Assembly: GCA_963819655.1 (NCBI GenBank)
Contig: CAWFXA010000001.1
Coordinates: 64,001-128,000 of the forward strand
DNA: 64,000 bases
Origin: an uncultured Chloroflexia bacterium
GTDB taxonomy: Bacteria > Chloroflexota > Limnocylindria > Limnocylindrales > CSP1-4
Direction of reading: 5' to 3'
Shown here: piece after piece, positions 39,501-48,665 of the stretch
Numbering within the stretch: the stretch's first letter is position 1
Layout: each line of letters starts with the position of its first letter
The notes under the pieces: model-generated
The model's input: only the letters and a program-made list of their open reading frames with translations
Database searches by the model: none
What the model was told of the DNA's origin: nothing
Position numbers and translations under genes: made by a program

Positions 39501-40137
39501 CGACGACCGCCTCGAGCCCGAGGCGCACCTGGCCGGGCAGCGCCTTCGGAGCAGCCTGTCGCTGGTCGACGGCGTGGGTCCGCGGCTGTACGCGCTCCCG
39601 ACGGTCGGGGCCGACAGCGAGTCGCCGGTCGAGGCGGCCGCGGTCGCTGACTTCGCCCGCTCGATCGTCGGCGGGTCGTGGACGGACGGACATGGCGTGA
39701 CGCGTCCGATGACGTGGAACGAGGTGCTCATCGTGGCGCCGTACAACGCGCAGGTCGGGGCGATCCAGCGGCTGCTCCCGCCCGAAGCACGCGTCGGGAC
39801 GGTCGACAAGTTCCAGGGCCAGGAGGCGCCGATAAGCATCTACTCGTTGACGACGTCCGCGCCCGAGCTCGCGCCGCGCGGGATGGACTTCCTGTACAGC
39901 CGAAACCGATTGAACGTCGCCACGTCGCGGGCGCGCTGCGTTGCGCTCGTCGTCGGCTCGCCGGACCTGTGGCGTGTCCGCGCCCGGACCCCCGCTCAGA
40001 TGCGGCTCGCGAATGCGTTCTGCCGGTTCGTCGAGCTTGCCGGAGCCTCCGGCGCGGTGGCGGGCGCGGCCGGCGACGGTGCCGATGCCCCGGCCGGCCC
40101 CTCGGGGTACGAGATCCTCACGCTCGATCTGGTGTGA
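36541..40137 (+). CDS. TM0106-family RecB-like nuclease fused to RNase-H-like domain and SF1 (Dna2/Upf1-like) helicase
   Basis: ADFL...DTK PD-(D/E)xK core, CxxCx5C, FFDIEGDP, GPPGSGKT, DEAGQ, GDPQQL, TVDKFQGQE, NRLNVATSRAR. Confidence 0.92.
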   Translation: MQSIDGRPVYAATDLVAYLACEHLTALERAAMAGLVDRPMRADPELDVIRKRGFEHEQRYLSELEAEGRRVVRIDLDGSIEDRGDQLREAAAATIAAMASGPDVVYQATFFDGTWRGHADFLLRVDDPDRPSVWGPYHYEVADTKLARHVKASAVLQICSYVDQLERIQGVRPEWLHVVLGGSARAVERLRVDDYMAYYRSARDRFLATVEEGQPVAFPPPDTYPEPVDHCDVCRWAAECVARRRSDDHLSLVAGISGRQRRALSERGVGTLAALGDLALPMQPRPEGTSDGALARVRDQARIQLEGRRERRLKYELLVPFPGEPYEAERGLATLAPPSTGDLFFDIEGDPYAFEDGLDYLFGVMGTDGTFRAIWSRDATGEFSLQGERQAFEEFIDFVMARLEADPTMHVYHYAPYEPTALKRLMGRYGTREVEVDRLLREGVLVDLLRAVRQSLRASVESYSIKRMEAFYGFTREIDLRDAGSSIVAFETWLELGEGERPQTDILDRIERYNRDDVVSNKELRDWLEARRDELIATGIEIPRPAPRENPLPAELTDALARVQALVDRLADPAIVPEDRSQRAPEQHARWLLAQLLGWHRREDKAMWWDFHRLMDLTPEQLVDESDPIGLLEPVGPQDVELKGKQTWRYAFPPQDFDLGRGEVYDPGQKQERPDNSPFKWDAGDVVKVDLAAGTVDIRREVARPHPRAIVPLPWVRTQAHQERLIEIGAWVADHGIDADGPHRAMRDLLLGRPPRAGQVPGGPLAPDDESDLAAARRVVMALDSTTLAIQGPPGSGKTYSGARMICTLLAAGRRVGITGTSHKVIGNLLAEVLKAAPTEGVDVRPIQHGQPNQVLDDDRVVRAKDADDVRHRLADGRSNLAAGTSWLWASAKVAGAIDVLFVDEAGQISLANVVAMSQATDSIVLLGDPQQLDQPLRGTHPPGADRSALAHVLDGAATIPPERGLFLETTWRLHPDLCSFTSEAFYDDRLEPEAHLAGQRLRSSLSLVDGVGPRLYALPTVGADSESPVEAAAVADFARSIVGGSWTDGHGVTRPMTWNEVLIVAPYNAQVGAIQRLLPPEARVGTVDKFQGQEAPISIYSLTTSAPELAPRGMDFLYSRNRLNVATSRARCVALVVGSPDLWRVRARTPAQMRLANAFCRFVELAGASGAVAGAAGDGADAPAGPSGYEILTLDLV

Positions 40138-41435
40138 GCGTCCGTCCCGTACCATCGGCCGTCATGGCCGAGGCACGACCGACCAACCCCGCGGAGCTCG
40201 CGCGGCTCCGTCGGCGGACCGTGGCGACCCTGGTGGCCGGAGTCGCCCTCGGCAGCACCGGGCACATCGCGGCGGTGACGGTCGCCACGATCGTGGCGAC
40301 CGACATCTCCGGTGGGGCGAAGGCCTGGAGCGGCGCCCCGAGCGCGACGGTCGTCCTCGGGGCGGCCGCCGGAGCGATCGGCCTGTCGTGGCTGATGGTC
40401 CGGCGCGGTCGGCGGTTCGGCCTCACGGCGGGATACGTCGTCAGCGTGCTCGGGGCGATCGTCGCGACCGCCGCGGTCGTGATGCTGTCCATCCCGCTCC
40501 TGCTCATCGGGACCCTGCTGATCGGTTTCGGCAACGCCTCGAACCAGCTGTCGCGCTACACCGCGGCAGACCTCGCTCCGCCAGACCGTCGAGCGTCGGC
40601 GATCGGTGTCGTCGTGTGGGGCGCCACGATCGGAGCGGTCGCGGGACCGAACCTCGCGGCACCGGCCGGTCAGGTCGCACTCGCGCTGGGCCTGCCGGAG
40701 CTGAGCGGCCCATACCTCGTGCCGATCGTGTTCGTCGGAGCGGCCGCCATCCTGTCCTTCTCGCTCCTCCGGCCCGACCCGTACGAGCTCGCCGACGCGT
40801 CATCCCGCCACGACGGGGTTGGCGAGGACCGGTCAGTGGCCGTTTCATTGGCGAGCGTCCTCGCTCGTCCGAATGTCCCGGTCGCGGTGGTGGCGCTCGT
40901 GGCCGGCCAGTTCGTCATGGTCCTGATCATGACGATGACTCCGCTTCACATGGCCGATCACGGCCACGATCTCGCGGCGGTCGGGCTGGTGATCAGTGGC
41001 CACACGTTCGGGATGTTCGGGCTCTCGCCGATCTCGGGCCGCCTGACCGACCGGTATGGCAGCGTTCCGGTGATCCTGGCCGGCCTGGGTGTGGTGGCCG
41101 TCGCGTCAATCCTGGCCGCTGCTGCGCCACCCGAGGGCGGGGCCGTGCTCTTCGTCGCGCTGTTCCTGCTCGGCTATGGCTGGAACCTCGGGTATGTCGC
41201 CGGATCCGCGCTGCTGACCCACGGGCTGTCGCTGGCCGAGCGGACCAGGGTGCAGGGCCTGACCGACGGCCTGATCTGGAGCTCCGCCGCGGTCGCGAGC
41301 CTCGGATCCGGGGTCGTCCTGGCATACGCCGGGTACGCGATCCTCGGGCTGATGGGCGCGGCATTGGTCGTGGTCCCGATGCTGCTCGTGATCGCGCGAC
41401 GCTCAGCCGTCGCCGGGGCGTCAGGCAGCTCCTAA
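40134..41435 (+). CDS. MFS transporter
   Basis: About 12 TM segments, RRGRR and GRLTDRYG motif A; GTGA overlap with the helicase stop. Confidence 0.9.
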   Translation: MSVRPVPSAVMAEARPTNPAELARLRRRTVATLVAGVALGSTGHIAAVTVATIVATDISGGAKAWSGAPSATVVLGAAAGAIGLSWLMVRRGRRFGLTAGYVVSVLGAIVATAAVVMLSIPLLLIGTLLIGFGNASNQLSRYTAADLAPPDRRASAIGVVVWGATIGAVAGPNLAAPAGQVALALGLPELSGPYLVPIVFVGAAAILSFSLLRPDPYELADASSRHDGVGEDRSVAVSLASVLARPNVPVAVVALVAGQFVMVLIMTMTPLHMADHGHDLAAVGLVISGHTFGMFGLSPISGRLTDRYGSVPVILAGLGVVAVASILAAAAPPEGGAVLFVALFLLGYGWNLGYVAGSALLTHGLSLAERTRVQGLTDGLIWSSAAVASLGSGVVLAYAGYAILGLMGAALVVVPMLLVIARRSAVAGASGSS

Positions 41436-42659
41436 CTCCCGGACGACCCAGGCGGCGAGGACCCGGGCGCAGGTCTCGACCTCGTCGAGCGACACGTGCT
41501 CGTCGGCGCTGTGGGCGACCTTCACGTCACCCGGTCCGAAGATCACGCACGGCGTCACGCCGTGGTTGACGAACATCTGCATGTCGGCGCCGTAGGGTTC
41601 GCCCAACAGGGCGGGGCGGCGGCCCGTGACCGACTCCGCCACCTCGGCCAGTCCGACCGGCAGCGGGTGGTCGGACGGCACGCGAGCGGATCCGAAGCGA
41701 CCACCGGTGATCTCGACTGTGGCCGGGTGCTCCCGCAGGAAGTCGTCGTCGGCACACGCTGCCGCGATCGCCGCGCGCAGGTCGGCTTCCGCGTCGGCCG
41801 GTGACTGGCCGAGCCGAACCCCGTAGCGCCCGTAGGCGACGACCCGGTCGAGCACCGTCGATGCCCATTCGCCGCCTTCGACGATCCCGATGATCGTCGG
41901 GTACGGCAGCCCGAGCGCGGTCATCAAGGGATCCGTCTCTGCCTCGTTCCGGTTCCACTCGTCCGCCTCGAGAGCCCGCGTCAGGACGAACAGCTTGTCC
42001 AGGGCCGAGACGCCCTCGCGTCGCTGCGAGGCATGCGCCGCCCGACCCGGCACGGTCAGCCTGAATGTGATCGCACCCGCATGGGCCACGACGATGTCGA
42101 GCCGCGAGGGCTCGGTGATGATCGCCAGGTCGGCGGTCGCTCCGGACCGGATCGCCGCCAGCGTGCCCTGTCCGCCGTCCTCCTCCGAGGGGACCAGCAC
42201 GATCGCGAGCTCACCCAGGAGTCGGGCCAGATCGCCGGACTCCCTGAGCTTCCGCACGGCGGCGAGGATCGATGCGACCCCGCCCTTCATGTCACACGCG
42301 CCCCGGCCATAGAGGCGGCCCTCCTTGATGTCCGCGCTCCACGGGTCGATCGTCCACGTCGCGCGATCGCCCGGCGGCACGACATCGAGATGGCCGGATA
42401 GGATGAGGCGCTTTCCGCCGCTCCCGCCCACCCTCCCGATGACGACCGGCAGCGAGGTGCGGGGCATCTCCTCGCCGGGCCAGGCCGGGTCGGCGCGGAG
42501 CTCGTGGAGGTCGGACCGGACGACTTCGACCATCAGCCCGAGCTCGTGCAATGCGCCGGCGGCCCAGTCGGCGACGATCTCCTCCGACCCGGTGATGCTC
42601 GGGATGCGAACCAATGTCTCGAGGTCGTCGATCAGCCTGGCGCGATCGACGTCAGGCAT
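41421..42659 (-). CDS. ArgE/DapE family (M20) deacylase
   Basis: GHLDVVP, GRGACDMKGG, EEDGG, EPS, AHSADE. Confidence 0.92.
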   Translation of the reverse strand: MPDVDRARLIDDLETLVRIPSITGSEEIVADWAAGALHELGLMVEVVRSDLHELRADPAWPGEEMPRTSLPVVIGRVGGSGGKRLILSGHLDVVPPGDRATWTIDPWSADIKEGRLYGRGACDMKGGVASILAAVRKLRESGDLARLLGELAIVLVPSEEDGGQGTLAAIRSGATADLAIITEPSRLDIVVAHAGAITFRLTVPGRAAHASQRREGVSALDKLFVLTRALEADEWNRNEAETDPLMTALGLPYPTIIGIVEGGEWASTVLDRVVAYGRYGVRLGQSPADAEADLRAAIAAACADDDFLREHPATVEITGGRFGSARVPSDHPLPVGLAEVAESVTGRRPALLGEPYGADMQMFVNHGVTPCVIFGPGDVKVAHSADEHVSLDEVETCARVLAAWVVRELGAA

Positions 42660-42677
42660 CAGAGTCAGGCACGAACG

Positions 42678-43544
42678 TCAGCCACGAAAGATCGGGCGCG
42701 TCATGCATGTGGGGCCCCCCGAGCCGTTGACCCCGACCTGGGTCGCCGCGTAGGTGTGCACCTCGCACCCCGCGGCGGCCAGCGCGGAAGCGGTGACCGG
42801 GTTGCCCTCAGCCATGATCACCACCCCGGGACGGACCGCGAGGACATTGCAGCCGAGCGTCGGGAACTCCTCGTCGGGCACGGCGACCAGCCGGATGTCG
42901 AGATCGAGCAGCAGCTCCCACAGGCCGACGGGAAGCAGCGGCAAGTACACGACGGCGATGTCGTCGGCCACGGGCGAGATGACGCTCATGAGGTGGATGA
43001 GCTCGGTCGGGCCCTTCCAGAACGGCACGTCGAACAGCCGCACGTCCCCGCCGACCAGATCGGCGAGCTGCGCCACGCCGGTGGCGTTGCTGCGCAGCGT
43101 GCGGCCGATGCAGAACAGGTCTGGCCGCAGCCAGAACGTGTCGCCGCCCTCGACCGTGCCAGGCGCCTCGATCCGCCCGAGCGTCGGGATGCCGGCAGCC
43201 TGCGTCCACCGTTCGAGGACGTCGGCCCCGCCCAGTCTGTTCGGCTTGCCGGGTCGCAACGGGATGGCGCCCCGGTCGGTGACGAGGAGCGGGTCGAACG
43301 TGTAGACCAGATCCGGGTCGTCGGTCTCGTCCTCGAGCATATGGACCCTCGGTCCGAGACCCGCCAGCAGCTCTACGAACGCGTCGTGCTCGCTCTGGGC
43401 GACATCGAGATCGACCGGGTACAGGAACCCGTGCGCCGGGTCGTCGAAGGCTCGACCGAACGCCTCGCCCGGCCTCTTGACGAGCACGTCGTGCAGGGGC
43501 GCGGACATGCTCTGCGCGCCGTATCGCAGCAGGGTGGTCGTCAT
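42678..43544 (-). CDS. Amidinotransferase superfamily protein (DDAH/arginine-deiminase-like)
   Basis: YTFD, EGGD, HLMS, GSGGPTCMTRP catalytic Cys motif. Confidence 0.88.
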   Translation of the reverse strand: MTTTLLRYGAQSMSAPLHDVLVKRPGEAFGRAFDDPAHGFLYPVDLDVAQSEHDAFVELLAGLGPRVHMLEDETDDPDLVYTFDPLLVTDRGAIPLRPGKPNRLGGADVLERWTQAAGIPTLGRIEAPGTVEGGDTFWLRPDLFCIGRTLRSNATGVAQLADLVGGDVRLFDVPFWKGPTELIHLMSVISPVADDIAVVYLPLLPVGLWELLLDLDIRLVAVPDEEFPTLGCNVLAVRPGVVIMAEGNPVTASALAAAGCEVHTYAATQVGVNGSGGPTCMTRPIFRG

Positions 43545-43592
43545 CGCGGAAGGATAGCCGTGGTCCGCGATCGGGAGTACGCTGCGGGGACC

Positions 43593-43844
43593 ATGGCCGC
43601 CTACGCCGTGATCGCTCGCATCGGACGCGTCGATCCGCATCTGACCGTCCACGACATCGCCCTCGATCCGGATCTCGACGACGATGGACCCGGCGGCGGG
43701 CTGCCGACCAACGGTCCTGCCGTGACAGTGGATGTCGTCCGTGGCCCCGAGCCCGGACGGATCACAGAGTGGGTCCGGAGGGCGCGCGAGCTGTGGGCCC
43801 AGACGACGTTCTACGTCTTCGACGCGAACAGCTGGCGCACCTAG
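43593..43844 (+). CDS. Hypothetical small protein
   Basis: TACGCT -10 upstream; aromatic C-terminus LWAQTTFYVFDANSWRT. Confidence 0.55.
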   Translation: MAAYAVIARIGRVDPHLTVHDIALDPDLDDDGPGGGLPTNGPAVTVDVVRGPEPGRITEWVRRARELWAQTTFYVFDANSWRT

Positions 43845-44969
43845 CCGAGCGGGCTCCCGAAGCGCACCGGATCGAGCGCCGCAGGCGGAGCCGCGATCCG
43901 GCCGTCGATCAGGTCGGCGATCATGCGTCCCGAAGCCGGACCGGTGGAGATCCCCCATGGACCGTGTCCGGCGGCGACCCAGAGTCCCGCCGCTCCCGGG
44001 ATCGCTCCGACGAGGGGTCGACCGTCCACGCTCTGGGGTCGGGCGCAGACGCGCGGCGGCCCGATCGGCGCATCGGCGATGGCCGGCACGAACCGGATGC
44101 CGCGACGGATGAGGGACGGCACGACGCTGGCCGCGTCGGGTTCGTCCGCGAGGAACGTCGAGCCGAGAGAGCTCACTCCCTCGGCGGTGACGAGGCTGAA
44201 TGCGTGGCCGGCTTCGCCAACGTCCTCCACGTCCGGCTCGATCGAGATCTCGGCCTCCTCGAGGACCCGGCTCGGTGGCGCCGCGAGCGTCACCGGCACG
44301 ACGACGCCCCAGCGGGGGGCGATCGGTCGCCACGCGCCCGATGGATCGACGATGCGCGACGTCCACGGCCCTGCGGCCACGACAACGTGCTCGGCTTCGA
44401 GGCGCCCACCGCCCTGGAAGGCGACGCCCCGGACTCTGCCGTCCTGGAGCCACGGGAATGCCTCCGCGCCCAGCCGGATCTCGACGCCGCTGGCCGTCGC
44501 GCGGGCGGCGTACGCGCGAGTCGCTGTCGCCGGTCCGACCGGGTAGCCGATCTCCAGCCGACACGCGGCCACGCCCTCGGCGACCGCCGGTTCGAGGCGG
44601 CGCATGTCGTCCGGGGAGACGTACGTCGGCTGGAGGTGGGGGTGAGATGCGGCGAGCTCGGCGGCGAGGCGCTGCGCTCCGCGTCCATCGCGCGTGACGC
44701 TCAGCAGCCCTGCGGGACTGGCCGGGAGGGACAGTCCGTCGAGCTCGCGATACAGCGCGACCGTCTCGAGATGCAGGTCGACGAGGACGCGGTCGAAGGG
44801 ATGCTGGACGACGCCCGAGTTGCGCCCTGACGCCCCGGCACCGATCTCGTGCCGCTCGAGCAGGTGCACTCGACGACCGGCTTCGGCGAGATGGGCCGCG
44901 GCGGACGACCCCGACGATCCCGCCGCCGATGACGATGACGTCCGGGGCAGGCTGTGGTCGGTCACGCAC
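43841..44969 (-). CDS. FAD-dependent oxidoreductase (DAO/glycine oxidase family); apparent 1-nt insertion at about 44910
   Basis: DVIVIGGGIVG in one frame, then AAAHLA...GASGRNSG...GHGPWGISTGP in the next. Confidence 0.88.
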
Positions 44970-45031
44970 CCGCGGATGATGCCAGTCGGAGGCGCCAGCC
45001 CGTGGGCCGCGGCGCGACCCAGGCCCAGCCA

Positions 45032-45049
45032 TCGTTGCAGCCGCAACGA
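45032..45049. promoter_or_regulatory. Palindrome TCGTTGC-N4-GCAACGA, candidate MarR operator
   Basis: 7-bp arms between the divergent DAO and MarR genes. Confidence 0.6.
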
Positions 45050-45087
45050 CAGGCTTCGATCGGCGACAACGTGTACCATCCCCGCCA

Positions 45088-45582
45088 GTGACCGTCACCG
45101 AACGCGCCGACGCGCGGCCCTTGTCCCCCAACGACCCGCGGCTCGAGCCGTGGCGCTCGTTCCTGACCGCCCACGCCAGGATCACGCGGCGTCTCGACGA
45201 AGAGCTCCGCGCCGAGCACGACCTGTCGCTGGCCGAGTACGACGCGATGCTGACGATCGCCGACGCGCCCGAGCGACGGATCCGGATGCGCCAGCTGGCC
45301 GATCGGGTGATCCTCAGCAAGAGCGGCGTGACCCGGCTCATCGACCGGCTCGTGCTCGATGGCCTGGTCGAGCGGAAAGCGTGCGCGAGCGACGCCCGTG
45401 GGGCGGAGGCCGTCCTGACCGCGGATGGTCTCGACCGACTGCGTCGCGCCTCGCGAACCCACCTGCGCGGGATCGCGGAGCATTTCCTGACCGCCGTCGA
45501 CGAGGCCGACCTGCCGACCATCGAGCGGTCGATGCAGTCGGTCGCCGAACATGCCGGCCCGGGCGGTGACACCCCCGACTGA
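45088..45582 (+). CDS. MarR family transcriptional regulator
   Basis: LSLAEYD.., RMRQLA...LSKSGVTRLIDRL...GLVER....DARG....LT. Confidence 0.92.
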   Translation: MTVTERADARPLSPNDPRLEPWRSFLTAHARITRRLDEELRAEHDLSLAEYDAMLTIADAPERRIRMRQLADRVILSKSGVTRLIDRLVLDGLVERKACASDARGAEAVLTADGLDRLRRASRTHLRGIAEHFLTAVDEADLPTIERSMQSVAEHAGPGGDTPD

Positions 45583-46312
45583 ACCGCGCGCCGAGCGGCG
45601 GCGCGGCCGGCTGTACGTCGGGACCAGCGGCTTCGCCTATCCCGCGTGGAGCCCGCGTTTCTACCCGCCCGGTCTGCGCGGTGACGCGTTGCTAAGCCAT
45701 TACGCCTCGCGGTTGCCGGCGGTCGAGCTGAACAACACGTTCTACCAGTCGCCATCGGAGTCGAAGGTCGCGACCTGGCTCGGCGCCACGCCGCCCGACT
45801 TCCGGTTCAGCGTCAAGGCCCAGCGCGGCGGCTCATGGCGAGCGTTGAACGGCAGCCCCGACCCGGGGCTTCCGTGGCTCACCGAGCCGTACCGGCGCTT
45901 CGGCGAGCGGCTGGGCACCGTGCTCTTCCGTATCCCCGACAACGTCAAACGCGACGACCGCCGACTCGCAGCGATGCTTGCCGCTTGGCCTGGGGACCTG
46001 CCTCTGACCGTCGAGTTCGGGGACCCGAGCTGGGAGGCCGACGAGACCATCGTGCTGCTGCGTGAGGTCGGCGCCGTCCTGTGCGCCACCGAGGGCCCAG
46101 ACGATCCGGCGCCGCCGACGCTCAGGCGGACCGGGCCGTTCCTGTATGTCCGCCTGCGTCGCCACGACTACACCGACGACGAGCTGGCCGCCTGGCGCGA
46201 TCGATTCGAGCCGTTCCTCGCCGCGGGCGACGATGCGTACGTCTTCTTCCGCCACGACGAGACAGGTCGCGGCGCGGAGCTCGCCGAGGCGCTGGGCGCC
46301 CTGGCCGGCTAG
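45551..46312 (+). CDS. DUF72 domain protein
   Basis: GTSGFAY..W...FYP, VELNNTFY, F.FSVKA, YVRLR. Confidence 0.9.
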   Translation: MPARAVTPPTEPRAERRRGRLYVGTSGFAYPAWSPRFYPPGLRGDALLSHYASRLPAVELNNTFYQSPSESKVATWLGATPPDFRFSVKAQRGGSWRALNGSPDPGLPWLTEPYRRFGERLGTVLFRIPDNVKRDDRRLAAMLAAWPGDLPLTVEFGDPSWEADETIVLLREVGAVLCATEGPDDPAPPTLRRTGPFLYVRLRRHDYTDDELAAWRDRFEPFLAAGDDAYVFFRHDETGRGAELAEALGALAG

Positions 46313-46322
46313 GGCTCGTCGG

Positions 46323-46655
46323 CTACGTCGACCCGCGCGAATACTCCGCCGGACCGAACATCACGACAAGAACGAGACGCTCCTCGATATCGATGAACCG
46401 GTGTTCGACCCAGGCGGCGACGAAGATGACCGATCCGGCCGTGATCGGACGCACGTCCTCGCCGACGCGGACCCTGGCCCTGCCGGACATGACGACGTAG
46501 AGCTCGTCCTCGGCGTGCGGCGACTGAGGGTCTGTCGCCCCGGCATCCAGCACATACAACCCGCCCGACAGGTCGGGCACCGAGATGAACTCGTGGTAGA
46601 GCCTGCCGCTGGCGACCCGCGCAGCATCGAGCTCGGCGAGCTCCCAGGTGTCCAT
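46323..46655 (-). CDS. Cupin domain protein
   Basis: DPQSPH.EDELYVV...HRF. Confidence 0.85.
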   Translation of the reverse strand: MDTWELAELDAARVASGRLYHEFISVPDLSGGLYVLDAGATDPQSPHAEDELYVVMSGRARVRVGEDVRPITAGSVIFVAAWVEHRFIDIEERLVLVVMFGPAEYSRGST

Positions 46656-46742
46656 GGCCGCAGCCTACCGCGGGCCACCGGCGGCGCCATGCCGCGGCGC
46701 GCCAGACGACCCCTAGCGACGATCCCGGATACATTCCGCACC

Positions 46743-48002
46743 ATGCCCCGATCGCTCGTCGTGCTACCCCTTGCCGCCCTGCTGCTGATCGGCTGCGTCG
46801 ATGCGACGGAGCCACCGCGCCCGTCGGTGCTGCCGAGCCCGGCCGCGACGACGGCGCCGTCCTCGAGTGCGAGCACGGCGCCCACCGTTGCGACGCCGTC
46901 TGGGGCGCCAGCCGCGCTTTCGGTCGACCCGGTCCTCGCGGGGCTCACGGACCCGGTCGACATCGCCTGGCGACCCGACGATCCCGCGACGCTGTTCGTG
47001 GTCGAGCAAGTCGGGCGCGTCCGGATCGTGCGTGACGACCGGTTGGTCGAGCGTCCATTCCTCGACATCGGCGACATCGTGCGCGCCGGCGGCGAGTCTG
47101 GCCTGCTCGGTCTCGCATTCCTGCCGAGCGGTGAGGCGGGGCGGTTCTTCGTCTACTACACCAACGACGCGGGCCGTCAGGTCGTGGCGTCGTACGACAC
47201 CGATCCGAACGACCCGGATGTCGCTGCGCCGGACACCGCCACGGTCTGGCTCGACATGGCCGATCGGTTCGGCAACCACAACGGCGGCGCCCTGGTGTTC
47301 GGCCCCGACGGCGACCTGTACATCGGGACCGGTGACGGAGGCGGCGCCGGAGACCCGCTCGATTCCGGTCGCCATCTCGACACGCTGCTGGCAAAGGTCC
47401 TGAGGATCGATGTCGACCACGACGTCCCGGGTGACATCGACCCGCGCTACGTCGTCCCGTCGGACAACCCGTTCGTCGACCGGAGCGGCGCGCGCCCCGA
47501 GATCTGGCTGACGGGGTTGCGCAACCCGTGGCGGATCCGCTTCGACCGGGCGAACGGCGACCTGTGGATCGCGGACGTCGGCCAGGGGGAACGCGAGGAG
47601 ATCGACGTGGCGCGCGCCGGCCAGAGCGGCCTCGACTTCGGCTGGAATGTCATGGAGGGCTCGACGTGCTTCCGCAGCGTCGGCCTCGATTGCGCGACCC
47701 CGGAGCTGATCCTGCCCGTCGCCGAGTACGACCACTCGGTCTCGGGCGTCTGTTCCGTGACCGGCGGGACGGTCTACCGGGGCACCGCGAACCCAGGCCT
47801 CCTGGGCTGGTATGTCTTTGCGGACTACTGCTCCGGGACCTTCTGGGCGATCGACGCGTCGCTCGATCGGACGGAGGACCCGGCCGTCGTCGCCGAGACC
47901 GATTTCCTCATCAGCGCCATCGCCGAGGATGCAGCCGGTGAGTTGTACGCCACCGACCACGCGGGCGGCCAGCTCCTTCGCATCGGTGTCACGGGCGGCT
48001 GA
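46743..48002 (+). CDS. PQQ-dependent sugar dehydrogenase (GSDH family) lipoprotein
   Basis: Lipobox, ESGLLGLAF, NHNGG..FGPDG.LYI.TGDGG, GLRNPWR. Confidence 0.9.
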   Translation: MPRSLVVLPLAALLLIGCVDATEPPRPSVLPSPAATTAPSSSASTAPTVATPSGAPAALSVDPVLAGLTDPVDIAWRPDDPATLFVVEQVGRVRIVRDDRLVERPFLDIGDIVRAGGESGLLGLAFLPSGEAGRFFVYYTNDAGRQVVASYDTDPNDPDVAAPDTATVWLDMADRFGNHNGGALVFGPDGDLYIGTGDGGGAGDPLDSGRHLDTLLAKVLRIDVDHDVPGDIDPRYVVPSDNPFVDRSGARPEIWLTGLRNPWRIRFDRANGDLWIADVGQGEREEIDVARAGQSGLDFGWNVMEGSTCFRSVGLDCATPELILPVAEYDHSVSGVCSVTGGTVYRGTANPGLLGWYVFADYCSGTFWAIDASLDRTEDPAVVAETDFLISAIAEDAAGELYATDHAGGQLLRIGVTGG

Positions 48003-48011
48003 CCTAGCGGG

Positions 48012-48665
48012 CTAGCGCGCACGGTACGTGACGGTCACCGTCACGGTCACCTCGAGCGAGCCGGCCTCGACCGGGGTCGCGACCTCCGCCGCCGCAAGAG
48101 CCATCCGCTCCGCCTTCGCGTACGGCATCGGCGGTCGGGTCGGGACGCCCTCGACGATGTCGGAGACGCCGACGATCCCGAGCCCCGCGGCTTCGGCAAG
48201 GACGTCGGCCCGGGCACGTGCGGCGGCCATCGCCAGCACCCGTGCCTCCCGCTCGGCCGAGGCGGGATCGGCGACGCGGAATGACAGGCTGTCCATGCTC
48301 GTCGCACCGGCAGCGAGAGTCCAGTCGACCACCTCACCGAGCTTGGCCAGGTCGCGGACAGTGACCTCCACGACGTTCGCCAGCTCATAGCCGGTCAGCG
48401 TCGGCGCCCGCCCGTCGCGGTAGTCGTAGCGAGGCTGGACGGACAACAGCGATGTCCGGACGTCGCGGCGTGCGACGCCGGCGCTGTCGACGGCGGCGAG
48501 GATCTCGTCCATGGCCCGCCCGGCATCCGCGCGTGCCACCGCGACCGTCGGACGGCTGACGGCCACGCCCAACCGCAGGTCCGCGACATCGGGCTCGACC
48601 GCGATACGGCCTGTCCCGCTGACGACGATCGTGCCGGTCTCTGCCTTGCTCTTTCGGTCGGGCAT
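48012..48665 (-). CDS. SIMPL (DUF541) domain protein
   Basis: I.VSG.G.....PD.A....GV...P.YDY...A...A.ARA..LA.AAG; GAGGAGG RBS. Confidence 0.88.
   Translation of the reverse strand: MPDRKSKAETGTIVVSGTGRIAVEPDVADLRLGVAVSRPTVAVARADAGRAMDEILAAVDSAGVARRDVRTSLLSVQPRYDYRDGRAPTLTGYELANVVEVTVRDLAKLGEVVDWTLAAGATSMDSLSFRVADPASAEREARVLAMAAARARADVLAEAAGLGIVGVSDIVEGVPTRPPMPYAKAERMALAAAEVATPVEAGSLEVTVTVTVTYRAR

Noticed and set aside
42678-45755. 1025-aa ORF suggesting a large fusion protein
   Set aside because: Only the last 288 aa (amidinotransferase) and a short frameshifted DAO N-terminus look real. The rest overlaps marR and DAO in other frames.
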